NCBI GenBank assembly: GCA_024234075.1
Contig: JACKOV010000003.1
Coordinates: forward strand, 226,673 to 290,672
Source of the DNA: Nevskiaceae bacterium
GTDB lineage: Bacteria; Pseudomonadota; Gammaproteobacteria; Steroidobacterales; Steroidobacteraceae
DNA length: 64,000 nt
Reading direction: 5' to 3'
Below, in pieces: positions 19,956 through 30,014 of the stretch. Numbering within the stretch: the first letter of the stretch is position 1; each line of letters begins with the position of its first letter. The notes under the pieces were generated by a model that made no database searches, was not told the origin of the DNA, and was given only the letters and a program-made list of their open reading frames with translations. Both the position numbers and the translations under genes were made by a program.

Positions 19956-19980
19956 TCTTGCCGGCGGCGGGCCGGGTCGA

Positions 19981-22431
19981 TTGCGGATGAACCCGCTGCT
20001 GCGCAGGATCCTGTCGCTCTGGGTCCGGGTGGAGGTGTTGCCGGAAGGCGCGCTCGGTCGCCTCGGCACCGAGCCCGCCGCGCCGCCGATCTGCTACGTG
20101 ATGGAGCGGCGCAGCCGGGTGGATTTCGCGGCACTCGAAATCGCCTGTGCCCGCCACGATCTGCCGCGTCCGGGCGGGCGGATTGCCCTCGCCGGCGGCG
20201 GCCGCCCGGTCGGCGCCGCACTGGCGCTGCTGCAGCAACGTGGCCTGTTTGACGCGCGGATCGATCGCCGCCCACCGCCCATGCTCGCGGCGATGCTCGA
20301 GGCGGCGCAGGCCGACCCGGCCTTCGACGTGCGGCTGGTGCCGGTTGCGGTCTATTGGGGGCGCGCGCCGCAGAAAGAGGGCTCCTGGCTGCGGTTGCTG
20401 CTGTCCGAGAACTGGGTGTTCGGCAGCAGTCTGCGCAAGCTCCTGCAGCTGATCTTCAATGGCCGTTTCACGATGCTCGAAATGGGTGCGCCCGAAAGCC
20501 TGCGCACGCTGCTCGAAGGCGAGATGCCCGCCTCTGCGCAGGCGGCGCGCATCGCGCGGGCGATGCGCGCGCGGTTTCGCCGCCAGCGCGCCGCGCGCAT
20601 CGGGCCCGATCTGTCGCACCGGCGCACGATCGTGGCGCGGGTGCTGCTGACGCGGGCTGTGCGCACCGCGGTCGCGCAGGAGATGCGCGATCGCAAGCTC
20701 GAACGGCGCAAGGCGCTGCTGGTGGCGCGCGGCTATGCCGAGGAAATCGCGGCCAACTACTCGCATCCGTTCGTGACCTTCATGGAGGGTTTGCTGACCC
20801 GGCTCTGGAACCGGCTCTACGACGGCGTGACCTTCGAACACGCCGAGACGCTGCACGAGGCGTCGCGCGACAACTGCGAAATCGTGTTCGTGCCCTGCCA
20901 TCGCAGCCACATGGACTACCTGTTGCTGTCGTACGCGATCTATCGCCAGGGCTATGCGATCCCGCACATCGCCGCCGGCATCAACCTCGACATCCCGGTG
21001 GTCGGCCGCTTCCTGCGCAAGGGGGGCGCGTTTTTCATCCGGCGCAGTTTCGGCGGCAATGCGCTCTATACCGTCGTCTTCATGAAGTACCTGGCGACGA
21101 TCATGGGCCGCGGCCATTCGATCGAGTATTTCATCGAGGGCGGCCGCTCGCGCACCGGCCGGCTGCTGCAGCCGCGCACCGGCATGCTGTCGATGACGGT
21201 GCGCAGCTATCTGCGCGACCCGAAGCGTCCGGTGGTGTTCCTGCCGGTGTATTTCGGCTACGAACGGGTGGTCGAGGCCAACACCTACATCGGCGAGCTC
21301 TCCGGCCGGCCCAAGCAGAAGGAGAGCATTCTCGACCTGCTGCGCTTCTGGCGCATGCTGCGCGAGCGGTTCGGGCGGGTCCACGTCAATCTCGGCGAGC
21401 CGGTGCGGCTCGATGCGCTGCTCGAGCGCTACCAGCCGCAGTGGCGCGGGCAGCGTTTCGACGACGATACCCGCGCCGCCTGGATCGGCCGCTTGGTCGA
21501 CGAACTCGCGACGCGGATCATGTGCCGCATCAACGAGGCGGCCGCGGTCACGCCGATCAACCTGCTGGCGCTGACCCTGCTCGCCACGCCGCGGCGTGCG
21601 ATGGCGATCGGCGATCTCGAGCGGCAGATCGCGTTCTATCTCGCGCTGCTGCGCGAGGCGCCCTACGGCGCGCGCGTGACGGTCACGGACCTGGGGGCGG
21701 GGCAGGTGATCGACTACGGCACGGCGATGCGGGTCCTGCAGCGCCAGCCCCACAAGCTCGGCGAAGTCGTCCGCATGAGCGACGAGGACGCCGTGCTGAT
21801 GACCTACTACCGGAACAACATCCTGCACCTGTTCGCGCTGCCGTCGCTGATCGCCTGCGCGTTCATCGGCAACGCCGAAGTGCCTACGGTCGATATCCAG
21901 CGTCTGGCGGGGCGGATCTATCCCTATGTCGCTGCCGAGCTGTTCCTGAAGTGGGACGAGGCGGAACTGCCGGCGGCGGTCGAAGCGATCCTGCAGGCCC
22001 TCGGGCGCCAGGGCGTGCTCGAGCCGGTCGACGATGGCCTGGCGTGGCGACGGCCGCCGCCGACCTCGCAACACGCCGCGCAGCTCTCGCTGCTTGCGCA
22101 GTCGACGATCCAGACCATCGAGCGCTACTACCTGGCGATCGCACTGCTGATCCAGGCCGGCAGCGGCGTGCTGACGGCCAAGGGTCTGGCCGAGCGCTGT
22201 CAGCTGATGGCGCAGCGCATCGCCATGCTCTATGGCTTCGATTCGCCGGAGTTTTCCGATAGAGCCTTGTTTGGCAACTTCATTGCGCTACTGGTCAAGC
22301 GCGAAGTGCTGCGGTCCGGGGAAGGCGGTCGATTGCTGTTCGACGAGGTGCTGCTGCGGGTCGCAGTCGATGCCGAGTACGTGTTGTCCGAGCAGCTGCG
22401 TCACAGCATCCTGCAGGTCACTCATGCTTGA
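19981..22431 (+). CDS. plsB: glycerol-3-phosphate 1-O-acyltransferase
   Basis: 816 aa. HxxxxD acyltransferase motif HRSHMDYLLLSY, FFIRRSF and IEYFIEGGRSRTGRLL blocks. Confidence 0.93.
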   Translation: MRMNPLLRRILSLWVRVEVLPEGALGRLGTEPAAPPICYVMERRSRVDFAALEIACARHDLPRPGGRIALAGGGRPVGAALALLQQRGLFDARIDRRPPPMLAAMLEAAQADPAFDVRLVPVAVYWGRAPQKEGSWLRLLLSENWVFGSSLRKLLQLIFNGRFTMLEMGAPESLRTLLEGEMPASAQAARIARAMRARFRRQRAARIGPDLSHRRTIVARVLLTRAVRTAVAQEMRDRKLERRKALLVARGYAEEIAANYSHPFVTFMEGLLTRLWNRLYDGVTFEHAETLHEASRDNCEIVFVPCHRSHMDYLLLSYAIYRQGYAIPHIAAGINLDIPVVGRFLRKGGAFFIRRSFGGNALYTVVFMKYLATIMGRGHSIEYFIEGGRSRTGRLLQPRTGMLSMTVRSYLRDPKRPVVFLPVYFGYERVVEANTYIGELSGRPKQKESILDLLRFWRMLRERFGRVHVNLGEPVRLDALLERYQPQWRGQRFDDDTRAAWIGRLVDELATRIMCRINEAAAVTPINLLALTLLATPRRAMAIGDLERQIAFYLALLREAPYGARVTVTDLGAGQVIDYGTAMRVLQRQPHKLGEVVRMSDEDAVLMTYYRNNILHLFALPSLIACAFIGNAEVPTVDIQRLAGRIYPYVAAELFLKWDEAELPAAVEAILQALGRQGVLEPVDDGLAWRRPPPTSQHAAQLSLLAQSTIQTIERYYLAIALLIQAGSGVLTAKGLAERCQLMAQRIAMLYGFDSPEFSDRALFGNFIALLVKREVLRSGEGGRLLFDEVLLRVAVDAEYVLSEQLRHSILQVTHA

Positions 22432-22620
22432 TCGCTGTCGCGCAGCCACAACATGAGTTGCAGCACTGCTGTGCGGCCTGTCGTACTTGGCGGACAGAGC
22501 ACTGTTATACTCCCCGTACGAACGGGAAACCGATCTGAGGGGCCGACCAGATTCCCGCGCGCCGCCATCGTCCGCAGTGGCCGAATCGCCGGGATCCCAC
22601 AATTCGAATCGGGGATCGAC

Positions 22621-24753
22621 ATGCTCAATACCGCCTTCCGTCCGAGCCGCCCGCTGCTTGCGCTGGCGCTCGCGGGTGTCTCGCTGTCCGCCGTGCACGA
22701 TGCCGCGGCAGTCGAATTCTCCAACGAGTCCGGCACGCTGACCGGTAGCTGGGATACGACTCTCTCCTACGGCCAGGCCTGGCGCATCGAGTCGCGCGAC
22801 TGTCGGCTGATCGGCACCGCCAACGGCGGCTGTGGCCGCTCGCCGAACATCGACGACGGCAACCTCAATTACGGCACGGACATGTACAGCCGCGCCATCA
22901 AGGCCGTGACCGAGCTGTCGGTGAACTATCGGCAGGTCGGCGCGTTCGTGCGTGCCTCGGGTTTCTACGACTTCGAGGTCATGGATGGCAACACGGCCCG
23001 TACGCCGATCAGCAAGTCCGCCCGCGATCTGGTGGGCAGCTATACCCGCCTGCTCGATGCCTTCGCCTATGCGCGCTTCGATCTCGGCAGCATGCCCGGC
23101 GAGCTGCGGCTCGGTCGGCAGGCCGTGAGCTGGGGCGAGAGCACCTTCATCCAGAACGGCCTCAGCGTGATCAACCACTTCGACGTGGCAGCGCTGCGCG
23201 TGCCGGGCTCGGAGCTGAAGGAAGGCTTCCTGCCGCAGGAGATGGTCAACCTGTCGCTGCAGTTCAACGATCGCTGGAGCGCCCAGGCGATCTACATCAC
23301 CGACTGGAATTCGACGATTCCCGAGGCGAGCGGCAGCATGTTCTCGGCGAACGACTTTGCCGCGGTCGGGGGTGACAAGGTGTTCCTCGGCTTCGGCGCG
23401 TATTCCGACCAGGGAGTCGATTTCCGCCCGCTCGGCGGCAGCCTGATTCGGGATTTCCAGGCCGTGACCCGCGCGCCCGATCGTCGTCCCGACGACGACG
23501 GCCAGTTCGGCTTCAACATCAAGTATTTCGCTCCCAGCTTCAACAACGGCACGGAGTTCGGGCTGTACTTCCTGAACTACCACAGCCGCTTGCCGGTGAT
23601 CTCCGGCCGTACCGGCACCGCCGCGGGGGTCGCCAACGCCTGGGGTGCGGCCAATGCCGCGCAGGCCGCGGCCCTGGGTCTGGCCGGCGGCCTGCCGCCG
23701 GCGGCAGCGATCGCCGCCGCCGCCCAGGCCGGGCTCAACGCCTCGCGCAACAACGCGCTGGGTTTCGCGGGCGACATCTCGCTGGCGCAACTGACCGAAT
23801 ACGCCCGCATCGCGGCGGGCACGCTGCTCGCCGGCGGCGGTTCGGCGGGGGTGGGCGCCCAGGCGACGGCGCTCGCCACCCACGAGTACGCCAAGACCGC
23901 GCGCTACTTCGTCGAGTATCCGGAAGACATCCAGATGATCGGCCTGTCCTTCAACACCCAGCTGCAGACCGGCGGCATCGCGCTGCAGGGCGAGCTGACC
24001 TACCGCAAGGACGTGCCGTTGCAGTACGACGACGTCGAGCTGCTGTTCGCGGCCATGACGCCGTTCGAAGCCGGTATCGGCCTGTTGAATGCGATGGCGC
24101 CCGCCGGCACGCCGCTCGGCGCCTTCACGCCGCCGCCTTGCACCCTGGCCACCAACACCCTGAACGCCTGCAACCAGCTCGGTCGTTTCGGCGTCGATCA
24201 GGACGTGCGGGGCTGGGGTCTGCACGACACCTGGCAGGCGCAGTTCACCGCGACCAAGACCTTCGCCAATGTGCTGAAGGCGGCGCAGGCGGTGCTGGTG
24301 CTCGAGGCGGCGGTGTCGCACGTCGCCGATCTGCCGAGCAAGATCTCGGGCGGCCCGAACGGCCGTGGGCTGCGCTACAACGGTCCGGGCACCTCGGTCT
24401 CCGGCAATCCGGAGTTTGCCGCGCGCCACTTCGGCGAGGTCGAGCCGCTGGATCGTTTCGCCGATTCCACCTCCTGGGGCTATCGCCTCGCGGGGCGCCT
24501 CGATTATCCGGGCCTGATGGGGCCGTGGAACGTTCTGCCGCGCTTCTCCTGGCAGCACGACGTTTCGGGAACCTCGCCCGGTCCCGGCGGCAGCTTCGTC
24601 GAAGGCCGCTATGGCCTGACGCTCGGCGTTTCCGCCAACCTGCGGGCGCGTTGGGAAGTCGATCTCGCCTGGACGACCTTCGGAGGCGCGGGCCGTTTCA
24701 ACGACATCAACGACCGCGACTTCATCGCCACCAGCGTCAAGTTCTCGTTCTGA
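22621..24753 (+). CDS. DUF1302 family outer-membrane beta-barrel protein
   Basis: Signal peptide (MLNTAFRPSRPLLALALAGVSLSAVHDAAA). GSWDTTLSYGQAWRIESRD ... NIDDGNLNY ... C-terminal ...SVKFSF. Start at ATG 22621 within the longer ORF. Confidence 0.8.
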   Translation: MLNTAFRPSRPLLALALAGVSLSAVHDAAAVEFSNESGTLTGSWDTTLSYGQAWRIESRDCRLIGTANGGCGRSPNIDDGNLNYGTDMYSRAIKAVTELSVNYRQVGAFVRASGFYDFEVMDGNTARTPISKSARDLVGSYTRLLDAFAYARFDLGSMPGELRLGRQAVSWGESTFIQNGLSVINHFDVAALRVPGSELKEGFLPQEMVNLSLQFNDRWSAQAIYITDWNSTIPEASGSMFSANDFAAVGGDKVFLGFGAYSDQGVDFRPLGGSLIRDFQAVTRAPDRRPDDDGQFGFNIKYFAPSFNNGTEFGLYFLNYHSRLPVISGRTGTAAGVANAWGAANAAQAAALGLAGGLPPAAAIAAAAQAGLNASRNNALGFAGDISLAQLTEYARIAAGTLLAGGGSAGVGAQATALATHEYAKTARYFVEYPEDIQMIGLSFNTQLQTGGIALQGELTYRKDVPLQYDDVELLFAAMTPFEAGIGLLNAMAPAGTPLGAFTPPPCTLATNTLNACNQLGRFGVDQDVRGWGLHDTWQAQFTATKTFANVLKAAQAVLVLEAAVSHVADLPSKISGGPNGRGLRYNGPGTSVSGNPEFAARHFGEVEPLDRFADSTSWGYRLAGRLDYPGLMGPWNVLPRFSWQHDVSGTSPGPGGSFVEGRYGLTLGVSANLRARWEVDLAWTTFGGAGRFNDINDRDFIATSVKFSF

Positions 24754-24790
24754 TCTGCCGACGAGCGTCACTCGAGGGGACCGAGCCATC

Positions 24791-26167
24791 ATGATCAAGA
24801 AAGTCTTGCTGCTTGTCTGCGGCGCCGCGTTGACGGCCAGCGCCACGTTTCCCGCCTGGTCGGCGATCAGCGCGGCCGAGGCGGCCAAGCTCGGCGGCGA
24901 GCTGACGCCGCTCGGCGCAGAAAAAGCCGGCAATGCCGCCGGCACCATTCCGGCCTGGGAGGGCGGGCTCGACTCGGTCGCCAAGGCCGGTGTGGCGAAC
25001 TTCAAGCCGGGCGGTCATCACCCGGACCCGTACGCGAACGACAAGCCGCTGTACACCGTCACCCGCGCCAACATGGGCCAGTACGCCAACGTGCTGACCG
25101 AGGGCCACAAGAAGCTGCTGCAGACCTATCCGACGTTCAAGATGAACGTCTACCCGACGCGCCGCAGCGCGGCGGTGCCGCAGCGCATCTACGATGCGAC
25201 CAAGCGGATCGCGACCACGGCGCAGCTCGCGCCCGGCGGCAACGGCGTCACCCACGCGGGCGAGGGCATTCCCTTCCCGATCCCGAAGGAAGGCGTCGAG
25301 GTGTTCTGGAACCACGTGCTGCGCTACCGCGGCGATGCGATCACCCGCAACATCGGCCAGGCCCCGGTCACGGCCAGTGGCAGCTACACCATGGTCAAGT
25401 TCAAGGACGAGACCTTCGTCGCCTACAGCGCGCCGGGGGCCACGTCCGAGAATCTCGGCAACGTGATCGCCTATTTCACGCAGGAAACGGTCGCGCCGGC
25501 GCGCCTGGCCGGCGAGATCCTGCTGGTGCACGAGACCCTCGATCAGTCGAAGGAGAATCGCCGTGCCTGGGTCTACAACCCGGGCCAGCGCCGGGTGCGC
25601 CGTGCCCCGGACGTCGCTTTCGACAATCCCGGCACGAACTCCGACAACCTGCGCACTTCCGATCAACTCGACATCTATAACGGCAGCCCGCAGCGCTACG
25701 ACTGGAAGCTGGTCGGCAAGAAAGAGATCCTGGTGCCGTACAACAGCTACAAGCTGAACCAGCCGAATCTCAAGTATTCGCAGATCCTGCAGAAGAACCA
25801 CGTCAATCCGGATCTCACCCGCTACGAGCTGCATCGTGTCTGGGTGGTCGATTCGGTGCTGAAACCCGGCACCAACCATCTCTACAAGCGCCGCACGCTG
25901 TACGTCGACGAGGACAGCTGGCAGATCCTGGTGGTCGATTGCTACGACAGCCGCGACCAGCTGTATCGTATCCAGGAAGGCCATGTGATCGAGTTCTACT
26001 CGGTGCCGGCCCTGTGGACGGCGCTCGAGGTGGTCATGGACACGTCCAATGGCCGTTATCTCGCGCTCGGTCTCGACAACGAAGAGCCGCGCAGTCGCGA
26101 TTTCAGCATCAAGCGCACGGCGGCCGACTACCAGCCGAGCATGCTGCAGCGTCGCGGCGTGCGCTGA
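24791..26167 (+). CDS. DUF1329 family protein (LolA-like periplasmic/outer-membrane-associated)
   Basis: Signal peptide, then ELTPLGAEKAGNAAGTIPAWEGG ... typical of DUF1329. It directly follows the DUF1302 gene. Confidence 0.8.
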   Translation: MIKKVLLLVCGAALTASATFPAWSAISAAEAAKLGGELTPLGAEKAGNAAGTIPAWEGGLDSVAKAGVANFKPGGHHPDPYANDKPLYTVTRANMGQYANVLTEGHKKLLQTYPTFKMNVYPTRRSAAVPQRIYDATKRIATTAQLAPGGNGVTHAGEGIPFPIPKEGVEVFWNHVLRYRGDAITRNIGQAPVTASGSYTMVKFKDETFVAYSAPGATSENLGNVIAYFTQETVAPARLAGEILLVHETLDQSKENRRAWVYNPGQRRVRRAPDVAFDNPGTNSDNLRTSDQLDIYNGSPQRYDWKLVGKKEILVPYNSYKLNQPNLKYSQILQKNHVNPDLTRYELHRVWVVDSVLKPGTNHLYKRRTLYVDEDSWQILVVDCYDSRDQLYRIQEGHVIEFYSVPALWTALEVVMDTSNGRYLALGLDNEEPRSRDFSIKRTAADYQPSMLQRRGVR

Positions 26168-26179
26168 AGCGGGGCAGCC

Positions 26180-27337
26180 ATGCCCGACGACGGCGCGGTT
26201 GCCGCTGACGTGCCGCCGCGGCGGTCGCTGCCGTTGGCGTTGCTGTTGACGCTGCTGGCACCGGTCGCGTCGGCGCAGTTGCACGATTCCGCGGCGGATC
26301 CCGCCATCGCGGTGGTGCCGATGGGCGACAGCACCGCGGCACCGCCATCGTCCGATTGGCTAGACCGGCCGGCGGTGATCGCCCCGGCCGCGAGCCGTTC
26401 GCTGCTACTGGGCCTGGCCTGGGCCGGCAGCCGCATGGTCGTGGTCGGTGAGCGTGGCCATGTGCTGCTGTCCGACGACCAGGGGCGGAACTGGCGGCAG
26501 GCACGGGCCGTGCCGACCCGCACCATGCTGACCGCCGTCACTTTCGTGGATGCCCAGCGTGGCTGGGCCGTCGGTCACGACGAGATCATCCTGCATACCA
26601 CCGACGGCGGCGAGACCTGGCGGCGCCAGCACTGGGCGCCCGAATCTCAGCAACCCTTGCTCGCGGTCTGGTTCGCCGATGCGACCCGCGGCATCGCCGT
26701 CGGTGCCTACAAGGCTTTCTTTAGCACCCAGGACGGTGGCACGACCTGGACCCGGCAGGCGTTCGAGCCTGCGCCGCTGCCCCACGAGGGGCCGGTCGAT
26801 CCCGAGGCTGACGTCGACGGCGATGCCGGGTTCGAGCCCGAGTACCACCTGAACGCGATTGCGGCGCAAGGCCAGCGGCTGTGGATCGCGGCCGAAGCCG
26901 GCCAGCTCTATCGCTCCGACGACGCCGGCGGGCATTGGCAGACGCTGCCGTCGCCTTACGCCGGCTCGTTCTTCGGCCTGCTGCCGCTGGGCGGCGACAC
27001 GCTGCTGGCGTTCGGGCTGCGCGGGCACCTGTTCCGTTCCGACGATGCAGGCCAGCACTGGTTTCCGCTCGAGACCGGAACCACCGCCATGCTGACCGAT
27101 GGCGCGGTACTGTCCCAGGAGCGCATCGTCCTGGTCGGCCTTTCGGGAGTCGTGCTGATCTCGGCCGATCGCGGCATGAGCTGGACGCTGCATCAGCAGC
27201 CCGACCGGCGCGGTCTGGCTGCCGTGCTGCCGGCCGGCGACGGGCCGCTGGTCGCGGTCGGTGAGGAGGGCGTGCGGCGCATCGAGATCGCGGCTGCCGC
27301 TGCCGGAGATGCCGCAGCGGCGGGAGGGGCACGGTGA
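26180..27337 (+). CDS. BNR/Ycf48-like beta-propeller repeat protein
   Basis: Signal peptide. Repeated S/TxDGGxTW(x) sialidase-type motifs (SDDQGRNW, TTDGGETW, TQDGGTTW, SDDAGGHW, SDDAGQHW, SADRGMSW). Confidence 0.8.
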   Translation: MPDDGAVAADVPPRRSLPLALLLTLLAPVASAQLHDSAADPAIAVVPMGDSTAAPPSSDWLDRPAVIAPAASRSLLLGLAWAGSRMVVVGERGHVLLSDDQGRNWRQARAVPTRTMLTAVTFVDAQRGWAVGHDEIILHTTDGGETWRRQHWAPESQQPLLAVWFADATRGIAVGAYKAFFSTQDGGTTWTRQAFEPAPLPHEGPVDPEADVDGDAGFEPEYHLNAIAAQGQRLWIAAEAGQLYRSDDAGGHWQTLPSPYAGSFFGLLPLGGDTLLAFGLRGHLFRSDDAGQHWFPLETGTTAMLTDGAVLSQERIVLVGLSGVVLISADRGMSWTLHQQPDRRGLAAVLPAGDGPLVAVGEEGVRRIEIAAAAAGDAAAAGGAR

Positions 27338-29754
27338 GCCATGCACCGTTCTCCGCCCGGATGGAGCACGCGCTGTTCTCGCATCGCCGCCTGATCATCG
27401 CGGTGTTCGCGGCGATCACCGTCGCGATGGCGTTCTTCGTCTACCGCGGCCTGCGCATCGATGCCTCGTTCACCAAGCAGCTGCCGCTGAAGCACGAGTA
27501 CATGCAGACCTTCGTCGAGCACCAGGCGGAGTTCGGCGGTGCCAATCGCGTGCTGATCGCGCTGGTGGCGCGCGACGGCAACATGTTCACGCCGGAGTTC
27601 TTCGCGGCGCTCAAGCTGGCGACCGATCGCGTGCTGGTGATGGACGGCATCGATCGCGGCCGCGTGCAGTCGCTGTTCACGCCGAATGTGCGCTACATCG
27701 AGGTGGTCGAGGACGGCATCCAGGCAGGCAATGTCGTCGATGCCGAGTTCCAGCCGACCCCGGAAGCGATGGCCGAGATCCGCGAGAACATCCTCAAGGC
27801 CGGCATCGTCGGCCGATTGGTCGCCAACGATTTCTCCGGTGCGCTGGTCAGCGCGATCGTGCTCGAGCAGGATGCCCAGGGCCGGCCGATCGATCCGATC
27901 GCCGTGGCCGACAGCCTGGAGCGCGAAGTGCGCGCGGCGATCAGCAGCGACGCAGTGGACGGCAGCGGCGCTGCCGGCATCGACGTTCAGGCCATCGGCT
28001 CGCAAGTCGATGTGCATATGATCGGTTTTGCCAAGGTGATGCACGACATCGCCCAGGGCGCGCTGTCGGTGGTGATCTTCGCCGTCGTCACCCTGCTGCT
28101 GACGCTGCTGGCCGTGTGGATCTACTGCCAGTCGTTCCGCGTGGCCCTGGTGCCGATCGTCTGCTCGGTGATCGCGGTGGCCTGGCAGCTCGGTACGCTG
28201 GTCGTGCTCGGTTACGGGATCGACCCGCTCGGTCTGCTGGTGCCGTTCCTGATCTTCGCGATCGGCGTCAGCCATGGCGTGCAGAAGATCAGCGCGGTCA
28301 CCGATGCCGTGTTCGAGGGGCTGGATCCCGAAGCGGCGGCCCGCCGTACCTTCCGGCTGCTGCTGCTGCCGGCGATCGTCGCGCTGCTCGCCGATCTGGT
28401 CGGCTTCGTCACCATTCTCTACATCCCGGTGCAGGTGATCCGCGAGATGGCGATCACCGCCAGCATCGGCGTCGCGATCGTGATCCTCACCGACCTCGTG
28501 CTGCTGCCGGTGCTGGTGTCTTTCGTGAAGTTCGATCCCGAGTATCGCGACCGCGTCGCCCGCCGCCAGGCCCGCCTGCAGCGTTGGTGGCACGGTCTGT
28601 CGGTGATCACGCTGAAGGGCCCGTCGTTGGCGATCATCGCCGCGGCTGTCGTGCTCGGGGTCGTCGGCTTGCGGATCGGCAGCCACGCGGTCATCGGCGA
28701 CGCCAGCGCCGGCGTGCCGGAACTGCGGCCGAATTCGCGCTACAACGTCGATTCGCAGGTGATCACCCGCGACTTCTCGATCGGTGTGGACATCCTGACG
28801 GTGATCGTCGAGACCCGGGAGCCTGCCTGCGTCAGCCACAGGCTGATGAAGTCGATCGACGATTTCTCCTGGCGGATGCAGAACGTTGAAGGCGTGCAGC
28901 AGGTGATCTCGCTGCCCCTGGTCGCCAAGCAGGCGATCGCCGGCTGGAGCGAGGGTGCGCTGGCCTGGCGCGAAATTCCGCGCAATCCCGACCAGCTCGC
29001 CCAGTCGACCCGCTACATCGAAACCAGCACCGGCCTGCTGAATGCCGACTGCGACGTCGTGCCGGTGATGCTGTTCCTCGCTGATCACCGCTCCGAGACC
29101 ATCGAACGCGTGGTCGCGGCGGTCAAGCAGTGGCGGACCGAGAACCCGGTCGAAGGCGCCGAGTTCCGCCTCGCCACCGGCAACGTCGGCGTCATGGCCG
29201 CGACCAACGAAGAAGTGAAGCGCACCGAGTTCCCGATCCTGTTCGGCGTGTTCGCCGCCGTGATCGGCATGTGCCTGCTGACCTTCCGTTCGGTGACCGG
29301 CGCCGTGCTGGTGTTCATCCCGCTGGCGCTGGTCTCGGTGCTGGCCTATGCACTGATGGCCCTGGTCGGCATCGGTCTCAAGATCTCGACCCTGCCGATG
29401 GTCGCGCTCGGCGTCGGCATCGGCGTCGACTATGGCATCTATCTCTTCAGCCGGATGCAGGGGTTCCTGAAGCAGGGCCTGCCGGTGCGCGAGGCCTTCG
29501 AGAAGACCATGCGCGTCACCGGTGCGTCGATCATCTTCACCGGTATCACGCTCGCGATCGGCGTCGTGACCTGGATCTTCTCGCCGCTGCAGTTCCAGGC
29601 CGACATCGGCAAGCTGCTGACCTTCATGTTCCTGGTCAACATGATCGGCGCGATCGTGCTGCTGCCGGCGCTGGCGACCTGGCTGGCGCGGCCGGCGCCA
29701 CCGCCGCCGCCTGCGCAAGGGCAGTTCGCGCCGGGTGGCGGGGCGAAGTGGTGA
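27334..29754 (+). CDS. RND superfamily exporter (MMPL/COG1033-type, 12-TM)
   Basis: 806 aa with two 6-TM bundles separated by soluble loops. The GTG start overlaps the BNR stop (GTGA). The C-terminus is proline-rich. Confidence 0.85.
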   Translation: MSHAPFSARMEHALFSHRRLIIAVFAAITVAMAFFVYRGLRIDASFTKQLPLKHEYMQTFVEHQAEFGGANRVLIALVARDGNMFTPEFFAALKLATDRVLVMDGIDRGRVQSLFTPNVRYIEVVEDGIQAGNVVDAEFQPTPEAMAEIRENILKAGIVGRLVANDFSGALVSAIVLEQDAQGRPIDPIAVADSLEREVRAAISSDAVDGSGAAGIDVQAIGSQVDVHMIGFAKVMHDIAQGALSVVIFAVVTLLLTLLAVWIYCQSFRVALVPIVCSVIAVAWQLGTLVVLGYGIDPLGLLVPFLIFAIGVSHGVQKISAVTDAVFEGLDPEAAARRTFRLLLLPAIVALLADLVGFVTILYIPVQVIREMAITASIGVAIVILTDLVLLPVLVSFVKFDPEYRDRVARRQARLQRWWHGLSVITLKGPSLAIIAAAVVLGVVGLRIGSHAVIGDASAGVPELRPNSRYNVDSQVITRDFSIGVDILTVIVETREPACVSHRLMKSIDDFSWRMQNVEGVQQVISLPLVAKQAIAGWSEGALAWREIPRNPDQLAQSTRYIETSTGLLNADCDVVPVMLFLADHRSETIERVVAAVKQWRTENPVEGAEFRLATGNVGVMAATNEEVKRTEFPILFGVFAAVIGMCLLTFRSVTGAVLVFIPLALVSVLAYALMALVGIGLKISTLPMVALGVGIGVDYGIYLFSRMQGFLKQGLPVREAFEKTMRVTGASIIFTGITLAIGVVTWIFSPLQFQADIGKLLTFMFLVNMIGAIVLLPALATWLARPAPPPPPAQGQFAPGGGAKW

Positions 29755-30014
29755 GTGTCCCTTAGGGTGAAGGTGCGCTTGGGGGAAAGCTCTCGGTACT
29801 CCGCATCCTCCGCGGATCGCTGATCCCTGGGTGGGATAAGCCGGCAAAATACTCATAGGCGCAATGGGCTGTTGTAGCTCCCGTCTCTGATCGAGAGCAG
29901 CGAGTTCACGCGTGTCAGGCTGATCCTCGTTTTTTGGCCGACAGATTCCCGTCGGCACCGCAAATGCGAGATAGTCCACCTTGGGGAGCAGGCAACGACC
30001 GGGGAGAAGTCGGC

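Noticed and set aside
29755-30014. Riboswitch or other structured RNA in the 260-nt leader of the MBL islet
   Set aside because: I could not match it to any riboswitch consensus I know (TPP, cobalamin, SAM, glycine, c-di-GMP, Mn, fluoride). Only short, weak stems are visible. It is kept as part of the islet finding, not as a feature.
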